This document shows, piece by piece, positions 1 through 11,714 of a stretch of 54,014 nucleotides of DNA. The notes beneath the pieces were generated by a model. The model saw only the letters and a list, made by a program, of their open reading frames with translations. It ran no database searches and was not told where the DNA came from. Position numbers and translations under genes: made by a program. This DNA is from Chiloscyllium plagiosum (lineage: Eukaryota): positions 2,707,004 to 2,761,017 of the forward strand of contig NC_057752.1 in the NCBI RefSeq assembly GCF_004010195.1, in the 5' to 3' direction. Each line of letters starts with the position of its first letter. The stretch's first letter is position 1.

Positions 1-704
1 CTTCAGTCCTCCTGAGGGTGACCAGAGTGGGCCATTTTAGAATCTACAACAGTTCTATGGCAATCCAAATAAAGTTGTGGTGGTTTGAACTCAATGCCCC
101 GGGGGCAACGTTTGTGGTAATTAAAGAGCAAATAACCTACCACATGTCCCACAAATCATCACCATGGGAATATTGGTAGACTTGACCTCTGGCCTTCTGT
201 TCTCCACGCCCCCCCCATCCAAACCCTCCTCCACATTATTCCTTACTGTCCACTGTTTTTGGGAGTTCAGTCTGCTGCAACCATTGATTTTTCTTTTAAA
301 TTCCAAAACAATATCTCTCTCATTTGGTCATACTGCATTTAATGAATTGTTTTTACAAAAATAAATGTTATGATTTAAAACTTTGTCAGATCTTGGCAGC
401 CATGCATGCATGTTTTTGGAGGGAAAAAAAGTATGACCTTTTTATTTAAACCATGACTCAACGTTGCCATCCTTTACTATGTCCATTTAAAAGAGAGAGT
501 GCTTCTCAGCTATTTGACTGGAGCAGCTTTGCAACCCAGAGCTGACCTGGCATCTGCACACCCAGACTTTCCAGCGGGCTGAGTGCACTGATCAGGAGCC
601 AAGGTCCTGCCACATTTGCTGTCATGCCAAAAAAAGTGTTAATGTGAAGGAAGGAAAAGTCACAGGTCAGTGGTGATGCCTATACAGTTTGCCAACACTC
701 AGGT

Positions 705-2061
705 TAGAGTCAAAGAGTCACAGAGATGTACAGCATGGAAATAGACCCTTCAGTCCAGCTCATCCATACCAACCAGATATCTTAAACCAATGTAGTCCTA
801 CCTGCCAGCATCTGGCCCATATTCCTCCAAACCCTTCCTATTCAGATACCCATCCAGGTGCCTTTTCAATGCTGTAATTGTACCAGCCTTTACCACTTCC
901 TCTGGCAGCTCATTCCATACACTCACCACCCTCTGCGTGAAAAGATTGCCCCTTAGGTCCCTTTGATATCTTTCCCGTCCTAACCTAAACCTATGCCCTC
1001 TAGTTCTGGACTCCCTCCACCCCAGGGAAAAGACCTTGTCTATTTACCCTATCCATGTCCCTCATGATTTTATAAACTTCGATAAGGTCACCCCTCAGCC
1101 TCCGACGCTCCAGGAAAACCGCCCCAGCCTGTTCAGCCTCTCCCTATAGCTCAAATCCTCCAACCCTGGCAACATCCTTGTAAATCTTTTCTGAAACCTT
1201 TCAAGTTTCACAACATCCTTCCAACAGAAAGGAGACCAGAATTGTACACAGTATTCCAAAAGTGGCCTAACAAATGTCCTGTACAGCCACAACATGACCT
1301 CCCAACTCCTGTACTCAATACTCTGACCAATAAAGGAAGGCATACCAAACGCCTTCTTCACTATCCTATCTACCTGCGACTCCGCTTTCAAGGAGCTATG
1401 AACCTGCACTCCAAGGTCTCTTTGTTCAGCAACACTCCCTAGGACCTTACCATTAAGTGTATAAGTCCTGCTAAGATTTGCTTTCCCAAAATGCTGCACC
1501 TCACATTTATCTAAATTAAACTTCATCTGCCATCCCTCAGCCCATTGGCCCATCTGGTCAAGATCCCATTGTAATCCGAGGTAACCTTCTTCACTGTCCA
1601 CTACACCTCCAATTTTGGTGTCATCTGCAAACTTACTAACTATACCCCCTATGTTCATATTCAAATCATTTACGTAAATGATGAAAAGTAGTGGACCCAG
1701 CACCGTTCCTTGTGGCACTCCACTGGTCGCAGACCTCCAGTCTGAAAAACAATCCTCCACCACCACCCTCTGTCTTCTGTGTTCGAGACTAATGGCTAGT
1801 TGTCCCTGTATTCCATGAGATCTAACCTTGCTAACCAGTCTCCCATGGGGAACCTTGTCGAATGCCTTACTGAAGTCTATATAGATCACGTCCACTGCTG
1901 TGCCCTCATCAATCCTCTTTGTTACTTTTTCAAAAAACTCAAGTTTGTGAGACATGATTTCCCACACACAAAGCCATGTTGACTATCCTTAATCAGTCCT
2001 TGCCTTTCCAAATACATGTACATCCTGTCCCTCAGAATTCCGTCCAACAACTTGCCCACCA
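705..2061 (-). mobile_element. 5'-truncated CR1-clade LINE (HER1-like), RT C-terminal half plus 3' UTR
   Basis: ORF 1095..1967 has RT motifs DFSKAFDKVPH, SGVPQGTVLGP and KFADD, and the CR1 C-terminus [14 protein letters not shown] short tandem tail (agagtca repeats on +) lies near 705-725. Confidence 0.93.
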
Positions 2062-2112
2062 TATATCTTGTATAAAATCTTAGTATGCAGTCAGTTTTCT
2101 ATGAAGAGCTGT

Positions 2113-2603
2113 CGGTGGAGCGGTAAAGTCGCTGACTAATGCTTTGGGGATAGGAGTTCAAGTCTCACCACACCAATGGTGGAATTTACTTACAATTTGT
2201 AAATCTAGAATTGAAAATTAATCTCAGTAATGGTGACCATAGTTGTTACAAATCTCTACCTGGTTCACTGATATCCTTTAGGGAAGGAAAGTGCCATTCT
2301 TACCTGGTCTGGCCAACATGTGACTCCAAACTTACAGCAATGTGGTTGACTCTTAACTGCCGTCCGAAATGGCCTGAGTAAACCTTTCAATTTAAGGGTA
2401 CTTAGGGATGGGCAACCAACGCTGGCCCTGCCAGTGATGCCTACATCCCCTAAGACAGGTGAGCAGAATTAGGCCATTTAGCCTATCGAATCTGCACCAC
2501 CATTCAATGAGATTATGGCTGATCTGATTATCCTCAACTCCACTTTCTTGCCTTTTACCCATAATGCTTGATTCCCTTTTGCAAAATCATGAATGAATAA
2601 AAA
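2113..2603 (+). mobile_element. tRNA-derived SINE with a LINE-derived tail, interrupted at about 2451-2580 by a CR1 3' fragment (-)
   Basis: B-box-like gttcaagtc at about 2156. The body is similar to copies at 39905 and 48330. The tail ggatgggcaaccaacgctggcc resembles the 3' end of the LINE at 45683, and it ends catgaatgaataaaa. Confidence 0.75.
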
Positions 2604-3047
2604 TGAGTTGACTCTCATTCGCTAATGAGCTTGGATTACTGCTGATTCAGACCTCTTTGAAATAACTCCACAGAGGCCATATCCGTCACCTTTTCTTTAC
2701 ATGTGGAGAGTCCTTGACACTGATCCAGCTCTCAGAATGAACAGAACCTCTGACCCTCCTGTTTATTTATTTTTAAAATTTTATTGAACAATTCACAGTT
2801 TACAAAACAATTAACATTAACAGCTGTATACAGAGAAACAGCAATTTTACAAGGGAGAGGAATGGCAAAGCCAAGCCCCAAACCCTAACGTTCAACTAGT
2901 TTTCAAGGAAATGAGGCAAACCTCAAATCCCAGTTTCAATCATTACAAAACAGTAACAATGACAAGGACATATAAGACAGTCCAATTACATAAGAAACAG
3001 TGCATACAATAAGACCCCCAGAAAGCCACCCCCCCCCCCATCCCTCC

Positions 3048-3745
3048 CACCTTCCGGCCACTCTAAGGCAGCCCGCCCCTACGCACCTTCCAGCTCTCGA
3101 TCCACCCCATGCCCCTTCCAGTTCTTGGTTTTCCCTGGCACACCTTTCGACCACCTCTAGGACAGCCCGCCCTGGTACCCGCTCGGGGTGACAGCACTGA
3201 GGATGGCTACCCGCCTTCCGGCTTTACTAACCACCCTCAGCACCTTCTGACCACCTCTAGGACAGTCCGCCGCGGTACCTGCCCGGAGTGATAGCGCTGA
3301 GGACGGCCTACCCGCCTTCCGGCTCTCGGTCTGCCCCTACATACCATTGGGTGCTCACCCACCCCGATGCGCCATCTGGCCCGTGGACTACCCTGACACA
3401 CCTTCCGGCCATCTCTAGGACAGCCAGTCCCCTTCCCCAGGGACGACAGCGTGCAGGGTAGCCCACAAGCCTTCCAGATCTTGGCCTGCCTCCATGCATC
3501 TTCTGGCGCTCAGCTGCTCTGACACACCTTCCGACCACCTCTAGGACAGCCTGTCCCGATTACCCCTTCTCAGGATGACAGCGCTCAGAACAGCCTACCC
3601 ACCTTCTGGCTCTCGGGGCGACTGGCATCGGGGTTGCCTACCCACCCTTCAGCTTTCGGGACAGCCTACCAACAGGTTCGCAGGATGACCTACCCACCCT
3701 CTGGCTCTCGGGGTGACAGCTTTCAGGATGACCTGAGCCTCCCAG
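3048..3745. repeat. Complex GC-rich degenerate tandem array
   Basis: The motif cacctt(c/t)(c/t)gaccacctctaggacag recurs at about 3141, 3241, 3399 and 3526. The motif ctacc(c)(a/g)ccttc(c/t)ggctctcgg also recurs. Confidence 0.85.
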
Positions 3746-3819
3746 CTCAGTAAGGCCTGCCAGACCCAGGGACATAAAAGACAGTGCAGGTGATAAACCC
3801 ATAAACAAAAAGGCAAAGT

Positions 3820-4280
3820 CAGTTACCAAAAACAGAGTCCCCTCTGGTACACAGGAGTCCATTACCATAACAGTTCTCTTCTGTGTACATAGTCCATTAC
3901 CAGGAACAGAGTCCACTCCAGTATGCAGAGACCATTGCCAGAAACAGAGTCGACAACCAAAGGCAGAGTCCAGTCCAATGTGCAGAATCCAGTCCTGAAG
4001 GCAGCAAATGCATATCCCACAGCACACAACAGATGTTCAGTCTCCATAGAGGCCTGGTCCATCCATAAGAGAACCAGGCCCACTCAAATTGACATGGTAC
4101 ATTGTAAAGGGGCAGTTAACTCCCGAAGGCAGAGTCCATTCCTGAAGGCAGCAGATGTTCACCTCCCAGCACACACACAGGTGTTCAGTCTTTACAGAGG
4201 CCGAGTCCACCCACAGAGGGCCAGGCCTACCCACACAGGAACAGTTCATCTGGAAAGGTGCAGTTGACTCACAGGAGCCC
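3820..4280. repeat. Degenerate tandem array (cagagtcca subunits) with a higher-order duplication of about 147 bp
   Basis: cagagtcca and cattacca recur. A block beginning cctgaaggcagca starts at 3994 and again at 4141, with colinear downstream sequence. Confidence 0.85.
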
Positions 4281-5699
4281 AGTCCAAACACCAAAAGAAG
4301 TGAAAACAAACATGCAAAAGAAAAAGAAAGAAAACCAGAGTGCAAGGGCTAAGCCCTGCCACAAACCCAATAATGTCCTTTTCTCAAAGTGGAAGAAAAG
4401 TGTAACACACAGGCTGTAACCAGCCAGTGAAACAACAGTTCCCTAATGAGAACTCAAATACACTTGTAACACATTGATTATGTAAATCAGCCAGTTTAGA
4501 AATCAGTCCTCAATAAAAAAGGAATACCAGTTAACAAACTGGCCATATAATTCTGCCTGTTTAGGAATCAAGTTCCCCAAATAAAAACAGAAACCAACAG
4601 CAGCAGTACACACTGCATGTGGGCAGCCAGCTCAGACTCAGTTCCCTGACACAAATGGAGAGTCTTTGACACTGACCCATCTCCTTTAAGAGCCAGCTCT
4701 GAGTGAGCAGAATTGCTGACACTGCTGTTTTTATGTCCGCCAAGGCTCTTTGATTGGGGCTGTTCATCTGGTCCAATCAGGGAACTCATTCTATGAGGTC
4801 TACCTGGCTGACCTTGTTACAATCACTACACTCTTCAAAATGCCTGTGTTTAAAATGGGTTTATAGTAATAAAAACAATCAAATTTGTTAATGTTTTGTG
4901 TAGAGTCCAAAGTTGCCATGTACAGCATCTCAGTTTGTTTTGCTAAGAAATGTGGTGTTAACTCTCTCATTTGTCTAATTACTGCAAGCCTCACCCGCAA
5001 TATATCCCATAGATTAACAAGTATAAAAAGAATCTGAAGAATATTAAACTAACACCTCTGTCTTTTAAAAGAAATCACTGAGATAGAACCCCATGGTGGA
5101 GGAAGCTGACTGACTTCATACTAAAAAGCCAGCACTGGCACAATGGACTAAATAGCCTTTTGGAATGAGTCATTCTGGGATTCTTGAATTGAAATACTGG
5201 TCTAGTCGTGGATACGCATTTAAAAAAAAAACTCACTGATGTTTGACCTGCCCTTTCTGCAAAGATGTGAGTATATGCAAAACAATTTAAAGGGTCCACA
5301 CATTAAAATACACAGGTTTGGCTTGACAAAGCCAAGTTTGAACTGTGGTGATGGGGTTTGTTTTTCCTATAGGCCATTCTGGAAAAGTGGAATGAAAGGA
5401 GACAACTCATTTCCCTCTTATTAATTTTCTGGCTGTCAGTCATCCCTTTCCACTTTCATGTTTACTGGGCAGCTATTGGTCATGTTGTATATGAAGACTC
5501 GACCAGCTCAATGTTTATCTGCTGCAAGTGGGGCTGAGGAAGCTGCTCTTATTTGATCTCCAGTTTTTAGCACCTGCTGTGCCCTCCTCTCTGCCTCCAC
5601 CAGCTCTCTCCCTCCACTTTGGCTGGTATTTGCTCCCTGGCTGCCATCCATCCACGATATCTTACCCGGGTATCTATGCAGCAGGGGCCAGTTTGAGAA

Positions 5700-6085
5700 A
5701 CATGCATGCACTGACTTAACATCACACATCAACAGGCACTGGAACCAGCATATCAACACGTATGTAAATGTCTACTTGACATGCAGTCAAGTAATTACAT
5801 GGATGCGACATGGGCATGGACAAAGATTGGCACGTGTAGATGTGCATGCAAATGCACACAGCTACATGTGCACACATGCAATCATGCACGCAAAATATAT
5901 AATCGTGCACATGCATGCAAACTCACAATCATGCATGCTCCAAATGCATGTAATTATGCACATATGCATGCAATCATACACACAAGCAAACGCGTAATCA
6001 CATGTACAGACATGCAATCACGAGTGTACACAAACATGTGCAATCTCGTACACGCAAGCAGTCATGTGCACGCATGTCCACAATA
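5700..6085. repeat. Low-complexity alternating purine-pyrimidine tract (atgc/acac-rich)
   Basis: Repeated catgca, cacatg and aatca units. ORFs here are compositional (H/M/A/C/T-rich). Confidence 0.85.
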
Positions 6086-6900
6086 CAAAGAAACCACAGA
6101 CATATCACTCGATGATAACTCTGAAGCAAGAATCGTGACTTATTTTTCTCCTTCTCTCTGGTTCAGTATACTGAGGTTAATTGCATCAGCTGTCTGGCTC
6201 AGTTAGTAACAGATTAGGGCCCTACCCTGGGACTAACCCAGGCCACATGCTGCTGCTAGTTACTGCTGAACCATCAGTGGAGGCTGGAATGTTTACCCTA
6301 TTCACTTTTGCCCCTTTTAACCATGTCTTGTTGCAGTCGAATGGGGATTGGATTGTAAACAGAAGGAGGAGAACCTGACCCAGTGACTGACATCCCAGCA
6401 TCTGATCTGCACCCTCTTTGATCAGCAGCAAACTGTCAGAAGTTGGTTCTGGAGTTACTGTCCAGGTCCTTCACCTGTCCACTGTGAGTCTCAGAAAGTT
6501 GGGGCTGGAGCAAGGGACATCGTTGGATGATGAGGAAGAGGGACAACTATGACTTGTTTCTAAATCCCTGGAGTCCAGATTTTATGTCTCATTCTGGGCC
6601 TAGTGTTCCTTTTGGTTGTAACAATGTGTGTAGGTTGGTTCAGCTAGGCTTTGTCATGGCCATGGCTGAATTTGGATCATGTCAATTTCGGCCTATGGTT
6701 GAAGCTAGCTTGGATGGATCAATATCTATGTCTCCTATTGCTACGACCACCAAACTCTGCACAGTTTGCTTGGTCATTTGTACCATAGCTTTTGTGGGAC
6801 CAGCACCATTGTCTTGCTTCTTCTCTGACTTTCTTACCCCTCAGTTTCTGCTTCACTTGTTGCTAGGAAAAGGCTGTTGAGTCTTTGTTTCCCCTCTCAC

Positions 6901-7219
6901 TGTGTTAAGTTCTTTTTTCCTGAGACTCTTACACACTTGATGCAACCGCAAAGGCCAACTTCTGTGAATGAGCAAAATTTATTGAGCACAGTATTATATA
7001 AGCTTTGAAAAACCCTGATTCGCCTTCGCCATGCCTGCAAAGCATGTCCAGGGAAACTGACTGAACGAAGGAAACAGTCCTTCCTTTATACAAACTCTTT
7101 ACATCACAGTCAGTAATTCTCTAAAAACAACCCCCAGCCACTCCCTCACAGTTACATGCCACGCAAGACAACGCCCCAGCCACTCCCTCACAGTCACATG
7201 CCACTCAGGACACAATACA
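6901..7219 (-). mobile_element. Putative solo LTR
   Basis: TG...CA ends with an inverted repeat (tcactgtgtt / aatacagtga). Minus-strand TATAAA at 7085-7090 and AATAAA at 6978-6983 are in LTR order. A 42-bp-period tandem duplication lies at 7132-7204. No clean TSD. Confidence 0.5.
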
Positions 7220-7334
7220 GTGACCACATCATCTCCAGAAACCATGGAATGCAAATCATCCCTTAATGGCCAGCTCTGGCGTGAATTGTATATTTTTGTA
7301 ACAATAGGGGAATAGTCAAATTCCAATGTAATGT

Positions 7335-7460
7335 TCTTATTGATTTCTGAATAAGGGATGAAAATGTAAATAGTAGGAGATGACTATGTAAATTGCTCTG
7401 AATGGCAAGGAAATGGCAATGTAAATGGCTCTGAATAATCGGAGATGATAATGTAAATTT
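7335..7460. repeat. Degenerate minisatellite, unit about 33 bp
   Basis: atgtaaat occurs four times. The middle two continue (t/g)gctctgaat. Confidence 0.65.
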
Positions 7461-8399
7461 CTTACAATCTATCCGCAAGTCAGAGGCATCTCATCCTAGC
7501 CTCAGGACATCCAATTTCCTGCAGGTCAGCAGAGCAAATTAACTCTTTAATATCACAACTGGACTGAACAGCTATTTTGATTCCTGAGACTTTCCACGTG
7601 ATTGAACCCACTCATTTGTCTTGCTGTTCATCCAGCTGATTCTGACTGTCCTGCACCACACCCGCTTTTCAAAGCTGTTCTCTTCCTCTCACCTTTCTGA
7701 AGAGTCCACCTTAATCACATCTATATAGTGCAACACTTCGCACAAATGGCTGTACTGGGCATTTCTTCAGGCTCGTGTCTATGCTATTGGACTTCCAGCC
7801 AAGGGTGCTCAAGCCTCTTTTCACAGCAAGGAATTTCCTGCTTTTTAGGGCCGTGTTGCAAACTAACCCAGTGGGGAGTTTATGGTGGATTCATATTCTT
7901 TTTAAAATTGACGTCAGGTTTGACCCACCAGATCCTTAAAACATTTTTTTCAGTTTTTGTATGTGAAGCTGGATCTGCGAAAACTGGTAATCTGGCAGTT
8001 TATGTGCAGGATATGCTTTAATTTAGGGAAAGGAGGAGATCTTGACATCACAGGAGATCCCTATGGGCATGAATCATTATCCACTGTTCAAATGGATGCT
8101 CAGAGGTCAAAGGTTCAACATCTGGATGTCTGTAATACATTCTGGGAAAGATGGCATCTCTTGTGTACACCTTGTGATCTGGAGAATTTTGGCTCTGAAG
8201 CAACATGCCTGTCTGTTTTTAAACATAAAATAAGGATTTTCAAGATTTCTTTTTCTCTCCTGTTTAGTCCAATGTCAAATTCTCTCTTGGCTGATAGCAA
8301 ATGTTGTTATTTGGGGTAAAACTTGAGGTAATCTCTGAATTATGAACCAAAATAAGTACATTGTTCCATTTCTGGGTTTATTCCCTAGGTCACTAACTA

Positions 8400-9240
8400 A
8401 TGGGTAAGATACAGAGGAGCCAAATTGCTGGGAAATTAGCAAGTACAAATGTAGGAACTTAATTATCTGAATATAGACTGGAATTGTATTAATATACAGG
8501 CCAGAGAGGGGGAAAGAGTTTCTGAAATGTGCTCAGAAGACTTTTTCATGATCAGTATGGCTCTGACCCAATGAGGAAAGAAGAATCTGGTCCTGGGGAA
8601 ATGAGGTGGGTCAAGTGTCAAGAGGGGAGCATTTAGGAAACAGCAATCATAATGTCATAAGGTTTAAATTAGCTATGGAAAAAGACAAGGAGTGACCTAG
8701 AGGAAAAACACTTAATTAGTGGAGGCCCAATTTCAGTGAGATAAGAAGAGACCTGTCCCAAGTAGCTTGGAATTAAAGATTGGCAGGCAAAACTGTAACA
8801 GAATAAGTAGCTGCCTTCAAACAGTTTGAGTGCACTCAGGGTACATGCCCCTGAAGGGGGAGGGTAGGGCAAACAAATCCAGTGCTCTCTGAATGGAGAA
8901 AAAGATTGAGAGTATGATTAAGCAGAACAAGGGGGTTTATGGCAGATGTCAGATCAATTTAAAAAAAACAGAAAAGCAGAATATTTCTCATAATGATGTG
9001 AGATTGGGAAATGCGAGCATCCAAAGAGATCTGGTTAACCTTGTTCATGAATCACTGAAAGCTAGCAGGCAGGTGCAACAAGCAATTAGGAAGGCAAATA
9101 GTTCGCTGGCTTTAAAATAAAGGGGATTTCAACACAGGTGTGCACATATTTTGTTATACAGAGCCTTGGTTAGACCATGCCTGAAGTATTGTATACAGTT
9201 TTGGTCTCTTTGTTTAAGGAGGGATGTACGAGCCAGAAAG
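8400..9240 (+). mobile_element. Old CR1 ORF2 fragments (endonuclease-region and RT C-terminal pieces)
   Basis: Decayed CR1-like text: QRDLVNLVHESLKASRQVQQAIRKAN (ORF 8893..9120) followed by [18 protein letters not shown]. Confidence 0.75.
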
Positions 9241-9243
9241 GTG

Positions 9244-10709
9244 TAAAGTAGATAGGCAGGAGGCTGGAAGAACACAGCAAGCCAGGCAGCATCAGGAGGT
9301 GGAGAAGTCAACGTTTCGTGTGTAACCCTTCTTCAGAACTGGAGTTGGGTGTAGGGGGAACTGCAGATAAAAGGGTGGGGGGGTGCAGGGTAGTGAGGTG
9401 GGGATAGGTGAAGACAGGTAGAGGGTACGACCAGGTTGGTCAATGGAAGGAATGAGTCCGCTTGGTAGCACAAAGGAAGGGTCGGTCAGAGGAATGGAAG
9501 GGAGGGGGAGGGTCTGGGAAGGAAGGCTATTTGAAATTGGAGAACTCAATGTTAAGTCCTCCAGGCAATAGGCTGTCCACGCTGAAGAACAGATGGTGTT
9601 CCTCCAATTTGCAGTCTGATTCATTGTGGCAGTGGAGGAGGCCGAGGATGGTCATGTTGGAAAAGAGTGGGAAGGGGAATTAAAATGGATGGTGACTGGG
9701 AGGTCCGGTTGTCCCCTGCGGGTCTGACTGAGATGCTGAGCGAACCTTTCCCTTTATTCTCCGTTTGTTCTCCCCAATGTTGAGAAGACTGTGTCAGGAG
9801 CACTGGATACAGTAAACTAGGTTGGAGGAGAGGCAGGTGAACCTCTGTCTCACCTGGAATGACTGTTTGGGGTCCTGGATGGAGGTGAGGTGGGTGTTGA
9901 ACCGGCAAGGTTTGCATCTTCCCCAGTTGCAGGGGAAGGTACCTGAGGGTTTGGGGGAGGGGGAGTGTTGGTGGGGAGACTGGCGCGGAATGCAGAGAAG
10001 GGTGGGGAGGGGAAGATGCTCTTGGCGGTGGGGTCTAGTTGGAGTTGGTGGAAGTATTTAAGGATAACGTGTTGGATACGGAGGCTGGTGGGGTGGTAGG
10101 TGAGGACAAGGAGACCCTGTCTTTACTGTGTTTAGAGTGGAGGTGTTTTAGAGCAGTGGAGTGGGGAATAGAGGAGGTGTGGTGAAGGGCTGTCTGGATG
10201 ACAGAGGGAGGAAAAGCATGTTGTTCAAAATAGGTGGACATCTGGGATGCTTGGGAATGGAATGTCTCCTCGTCCGAGCAGATTGGGTGGAGGTGGATTA
10301 ATTGGGAGAACAGGATGAAGTTCTTGCAGGATACTGGGTGGGAAAAGGTGTAGTTCAGATAGTTATTGGGAATCTCTGGGTTTGTAGTAAACATCAGTCT
10401 GGAGACTGTCACCAGACATGGAAATGGAGTGGTCAAGAAAGGAGAGGGAGGTATCCAAGATGGGCCAAGTGAATTTGAGAGCAGGGTGGATGTTGTGGGT
10501 GAAGTCGATGAACTGCTCCAGCTCAGCCTGGGTGCAGGACGCTGCACCGATGCAGTCGTCGATGTAACTGCAGAAGATTTGGGGCACAGTGCCTGTGTAG
10601 GTACTGAAGAGGGACTGTTTGATATACCTCACAAAGAGGCAGGTGTAGCTGGGTCCCATCTGGGTGCTCATGGCCAACCACTGGATTTGGAGGAAATGGG
10701 AAGAGTTCA
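9244..10709 (-). mobile_element. Penelope-like retroelement, 5'-truncated (RT, GIY-YIG region and terminal repeat with hammerhead core)
   Basis: ORF 10363..10710 reads MSTQMGPSYTCLF...YIDDCIG...HPALKFTW...SFLD...TDVYYKP, typical of PLE RT. The downstream region is frameshifted. The terminus has CTGAAGA...GAAACGTT. It is inserted within a + strand CR1 that resumes at about 10715. Confidence 0.88.
9306..9340 (-). ncRNA. Minimal type I hammerhead ribozyme motif
   Basis: The minus strand reads agtt-CTGAAGA-agggttacacac-GAAAC-GTT-gact. Stem I is agtt/gact. Stem II has one mismatch. Confidence 0.6.
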
Positions 10710-10714
10710 TTCGA

Positions 10715-11190
10715 GTGGCCCAAGAAAGGGAGTGCAGCTGAGATTCACCAGATTAATCCCTGGGATGGTGGGATTGTTTGATGAGGAGGGATTGAGGAAA
10801 CTGGGATTGTATTCTCTCGAGTTTCAAAGAATCAGGGGTGATCTCAATGAAACTTACAAACTTCTAACAGGGCTCAACAAGGTGGATGTAGATCAGATGC
10901 TTCCCTTAGCTGGTGAGTCTAAAACCAGGGGGCATAATCTCAGGAGAAGGGGTAGGTTGTTTAAAACTGAGACGAGGAGACATTTCTTCTTTGGAATGTT
11001 TTAGAACGCTGCAGAGGCTCAATCATTGAGCATATTTAAGGCAGAAATTAATTTATTTCTGGAGACTGATGATATCAAGGGATAGTGCGAGAAAGTGGCA
11101 TTGAGCCAGATGATCAACCATGATCTAATTGAACGGTGGAGCAGACTCAATGGGCTGACTGGCCCAGTCCTGTTCCTATTTTCCTATGTC
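10715..11190 (+). mobile_element. CR1 3' end (continuation of the copy split by the PLE)
   Basis: RFTRLIPGM...LGLYSLEFQRIRGDLNETYK in ORF 10366..11004, followed by a CR1 3' UTR. Confidence 0.85.
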
Positions 11191-11327
11191 CAAATACCAG
11201 GATGACATGATAAAGTTCGGAGGGAATATATAAAACTAAATAACAGCGGCAAAGCTACAGTATGCAAAGAGACTTATATAGCCACATGAAAAGTCAAAGG
11301 GTGATAAAAGGGGCATTAGGATCAATT

Positions 11328-11647
11328 AGTGGCTCAGTGGTTAGCACTGCTGCCTCACAGCGCCAGGGACCCGGGTTCGATTCCAGACATGGGCGACTGT
11401 CTGTGTGGGATTTGCACATCCTCCCCATGTCTGCGTGGGTTTACTCTGGGTGCTCTGGTTTCCTCCCACAGTCCAAAAGATGTGCAGGTCAGGTGAATTG
11501 GACATGCTAAATTGCCCATAGTGTTAGGTGTGTTAGTGAAGGGGAAATATAGGGAAATGAGTCTGGGTGGGTTACTCTTCGGAGGGTCAGTATGGACTTG
11601 TTGGGCCGAAGGGCCTGTTTCCACACTGTAGGGGTTCTATGAGATAT
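11328..11647 (+). mobile_element. HE1-like tRNA-derived V-SINE
   Basis: A box TGGCTCAGTGG at 11330-11340 and B box GGTTCGATTCC at 11374-11384. V-SINE core gtctgtgtgggatttgcacatcctcccc...tttcctcccacagtccaaa. The tail ttgggccgaagggcctgtttcc is shared with CR1 3' ends in this window. Confidence 0.9.
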
Positions 11648-11714
11648 GAAGAAGCCAAGGGATTGAGAGTGGAGGTAAGTTACATAGACATAAACCTTCT
11701 TCAATGCAGGCATG

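Larger units (their letters stand above)
2762..4654 (-). mobile_element. Non-coding polyadenylated retroposed element with internal tandem arrays (possibly an L1/Tx1-like derivative)
   Basis: The minus-strand 3' end reads caataaaattttaaaaataaataaa (AATAAA plus an A-rich tail). It contains two GC-rich repeat arrays and no recognisable ORF. The family assignment is inference. Confidence 0.55.
2658..4830 (-). mobile_element. Short LTR (TG...CA) split into 2658-2765 and 4655-4830 by an internal insertion
   Basis: The minus strand starts TGTAGTG (4830) and ends ATTTCA (2658). A 5-bp TSD CTCTT lies at 2653-2657 and 4831-4835. CCAAT and TATA-like (ataaaaac) motifs are in the 5' part. Confidence 0.75.

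Noticed and set aside
1095..1967. Functional reverse transcriptase gene
   Set aside because: A 5'-truncated CR1 copy with frameshifts at both ends of the ORF and no endonuclease or promoter.
3048..4280. CRISPR-like repeat-spacer reading of the arrays
   Set aside because: Repeats are degenerate, intervening sequences are related to each other, there are no cas genes, and the context is vertebrate.
5355..5410. Acceptor-like ttttcctatag followed by AILEK, reminiscent of RBMS KAILDK
   Set aside because: The rest of the expected exon (YGKIVST...NKCK plus donor) is absent. I did not find the preceding RBMS exon in the window, so it probably lies upstream.
5722..6206. His/Cys/Met-rich ORFs as metal-binding peptides
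   Set aside because: Explained by low-complexity repeat composition and open in several frames. The same applies to 28371-29118.
10366..11004. 212-aa novel fusion protein
   Set aside because: A chance read-through from the antisense strand of a PLE into a CR1 C-terminus.
11328..11400. tRNA gene
   Set aside because: The A/B boxes continue into a V-SINE body and LINE-type tail, so this is a SINE head. No complete cloverleaf was seen.
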